From contig OZ024740.1 of NCBI GenBank assembly GCA_964016885.1, positions 380,184,001-380,248,000 on the forward strand: a stretch of 64,000 bases of DNA, in the 5' to 3' direction. The translations under genes were made by a program, and so were the position numbers. The notes under the pieces are model-generated. The model saw only the letters and a program-made list of their open reading frames with translations. It did not search any database and was not told the origin of the DNA. Position 1 is the first letter of the stretch, and each line of letters begins with the position of its first letter. Positions 61,384 to 64,000 of the stretch are shown here, one piece after another. Origin of the DNA: Eledone cirrhosa. Its lineage: Eukaryota.

Positions 61384-61384
<1 letters not shown>
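61258..61384. mobile_element. Tc1/mariner-like MITE
   Basis: TA-cagggtgcccc..aaaatgtatac ... gtatacatttt..ggggcacccag-TA terminal inverted repeats. Confidence 0.7.
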
Positions 61385-61448
<64 letters not shown>

Positions 61449-61581
61449 TGCGTCTATATGTTTGTGTATATGTTTGTGTGTGTGTCAGTACATGTGTGTA
61501 GTGCGTGTGTAAGCGCGTGTGTGTGTGTGTGTGTTTACGCGTGCATATATATATATATATATATATACAGTATGTATATAA

Positions 61582-61750
61582 ATAGATAGATAGATAGATA
61601 GATAGATAGATGGATAGATAGATATATTTCTTTATTTGCCACAAGGGCGTACAAGAAAAGGGGACACTACAAAGACACATGCCAGGGATTTTACATTCAG
61701 TCGTGTAAAAATATTGTAACAAACAATTATATCAATCGAAATCCCGATAC
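61582..61750 (-). mobile_element. 3' end of a third Tx1-family element with (GATA)n
   Basis: (gata)n-tttctttatttgccacaagggcgtaca..gggacac matches 28820-28860 and 54551-54590. Confidence 0.75.
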
Positions 61751-61931
61751 ATAGATAGATAAACGATGTGGTATTGCAGTAAAAAAGATAAAGAAAAATT
61801 GGAATAGGGCTTGGAAAGGTGAAAACATAACATTGGAGAAACGCGTAAAAATATGTGTAGAAAGGTGGCGTGAGGGGGGGGGGGTGAAGAAGATTGAATG
61901 AGGAGAAAGGGGGAGGAGAAATGGTGAAGGC

Positions 61932-61966
<35 letters not shown>

Positions 61967-61970
61967 TTAT

Positions 61971-62005
<35 letters not shown>

Positions 62006-62484
62006 GGTGGTGGAGGTGGTAATGGTAGTAGTAGTAGTAGTAGTAGTAGTAGCAGTAGTAACAGTAGTAGTAGCAGCAGCAGCAGCAGTAGTAGTAATAG
62101 TAGTAGTAGTAGTAGTAGTAATTCAACAACTCAATCAACCTTCAATCGATCTCGGATCATTGATGATCTGACTGACTATCTCTTTCGTGGCGAGTGTGTA
62201 CGCCTCATTGCCGGACACACCATGTATGTATATATATATATATACACCATATTTCAATGTGACCTTCTTTTTATAAGATAGTAAATATGTTATTTGAGAG
62301 CTACTATTTCTAGCAGATAAAAAGACAGCATACAACCTTACACTGTTGATTCCAATGCGTTCTTATTGGTTAACCACAGGTAAAACCTGATTAGGCATCT
62401 TTTACTGATATGCTTAACATGCTTAAATGTTCTAGTGCCATGACCATCTCGTATTAATTTTATTCAGATACACACTATTTAGGA

Positions 62485-62558
62485 TATATACAGAAAATTA
62501 TATACACACTTTGATTACAATGCTGTTGAAGTGTGTATACACATTTTGGGCCACCCTA
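62485..62558. mobile_element. Degenerate copy of the same MITE
   Basis: atgctgttgaagtgtgtatacacattttgggccaccctata. Confidence 0.5.
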
Positions 62559-62668
62559 TATTTATATATATATATATATATATATGTGTGTATATCGGTA
62601 TGTGGTTAACGGCAGAGAGAAAAGAGTACTCAATACCGAAGTAGAGTTTAAATTTACGTTTTATTAAG

Positions 62669-62719
62669 TCTTATTACTCTGGAGTTTCACCTGTTTATCC
62701 CAGGGTCATCCAGACAAGA
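62669..62719 (-). ncRNA. Hammerhead ribozyme variant with an extra G in the core
   Basis: TCTTGT CTGGATGA C CCTG-GGATAAA-CAGG T GAAA CTC-CA-GAG TA ATAAGA. Confidence 0.6.
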
Positions 62720-62779
62720 ACTCTGCGTGTTTGCGTTTGTGTACACACATAAACACACACACACACATATATATATTCA

Positions 62780-62951
62780 GTCGATCGACTTTCGTCAAAT
62801 CGGACCAAGGAAACAATGTTTCCGTTGGTCTTTCCAATTGCTAGTACTCTCTATCCGTCGCAACCCCAGGTAGAAGGAGCAACGTGAAATAAAGTGTCTT
62901 GCTCAAGGACATAACGCATCGCCCGGTCCGGGAATCGAACTCACAACCTCG

Positions 62952-62955
<4 letters not shown>
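62780..62955 (-). mobile_element. tRNA-derived SINE of a different family
   Basis: Minus strand gagttcgattccc (B box) followed by tgtccttgagcaagacacttt, a common SINE central motif. Confidence 0.7.
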
Positions 62956-63003
<48 letters not shown>

Positions 63004-63435
63004 TATGTAATACACTTTATACATTTTACTACTGAAGAAATTTGGCTGCTTTTTCTGGAAGAGGGAGTCCCCTAATAATATATTACCCAAAGTGAGGGTT
63101 GAGGGGAAGATGAGGTTTGTGGGGACACGTGTTAAAATGTAGAATGAAGGAAGTAGAAAAAAACGCACTATATAATGTAAACACCAAAGAAAACAAACAA
63201 ATAAACAAGAAGAGAGTATATAAATAAATAAGTTAATTAAACTGTTTATATGTAAACTGTATACGGGAGGGGTTGGGGACGAAATATATATACAATTTAT
63301 GCTGTATATATACATATATATAAATATACTTATATATACATATATGGGTGTATATATACACACATACATATATATATAATATATATAATATTTATAACAT
63401 ATAATATATATATTATACATATATATATATATATA

Positions 63436-63535
63436 CAGTGTATCCCGCCAAAATATATACATCTTGATTACCTGTACAGATAATATTTATAAGAATGCTG
63501 TTGAAGTGTGTATACATTCTGGGGGAAACCCTGTA
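63436..63535. mobile_element. Tc1/mariner-like MITE copy
   Basis: TA-cagtgtatccc..aaaatatatac ... gtgtatacattctgggggaaaccctg-TA. Confidence 0.65.
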
Positions 63536-63562
63536 TATATATATACTTATATACATGCATAC

Positions 63563-63594
<32 letters not shown>

Positions 63595-63755
63595 GTATGG
63601 ATGCCATGTATTTCTTAAACTCTCTCTATTGTTTGTATTATGTTATCTCATGTTCTCCATATTAGGGTATAAATATTGAGTTTTGTCATAAGTTAATCAC
63701 TACCATGACTGAATCTTAACCATTTACTATGTCAGGGTATGTCATGTATCATTTT

Positions 63756-63820
63756 ATTTTATCTGATGAGGACGTAGTGTTGAACGTAACTCAGTACCTC
63801 TGAAATATGTATAATAAAAT
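63756..63820 (+). ncRNA. Type I hammerhead ribozyme with a long, eroded stem II
   Basis: ATTTTAT CTGATGA GGA...TCT GAAA TA-TG-TA TA ATAAAAT: 7-bp stem I and self-complementary stem III region. Confidence 0.6.
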
Positions 63821-64000
63821 ATAATTGATCACAAGAATATCTATTTTGTTAATATTTTGAATTAATATATATATATATACAAACATAAATTATCGAGAAT
63901 CGCATTTCGGCCCACGAAATAACGAAAAACAACCTCCGAGATGTGTGGCAAATGCTCAATGATTCAGATGAACCAGAGCTATAACAAACGTTAAAGGCCA

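Overview
AT-rich, microsatellite-dense eukaryotic DNA, most likely octopod cephalopod (inferred from the recurring tRNA-derived SINE). I see no confidently intact host gene; the window is dominated by non-LTR retrotransposons. It holds a near-full R4/Dong-type element (+, ~2.0-6.2 kb) plus a remnant, and two near-identical RTE LINEs in inverted orientation (6.6-10.5 kb on -, with an uninterrupted 1181-codon ORF ending in three C2H2 fingers; 17.2-21.5 kb on +, disrupted). Also present: three ORF-less elements built from that RTE's 5' and 3' ends, two L1/Tx1 elements in (GATA)n tracts, CRE-type fragments, a mariner remnant, Tc1-like MITEs, Helitron-like ends, many SINEs and several Penelope-type minimal hammerhead ribozymes. 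Best leads: (i) a sense-strand A/G bias between the RTE copies, suggesting fossilised RNA/cDNA editing; (ii) a consensus splice donor overlapping the ORF1 stop exactly 44 nt before ORF2 in both Tx1 elements; (iii) (TACA)n tracts shared by RTE and Dong, and (GATA)n tracts used by Tx1. All alignments, folds and counts are manual and approximate.
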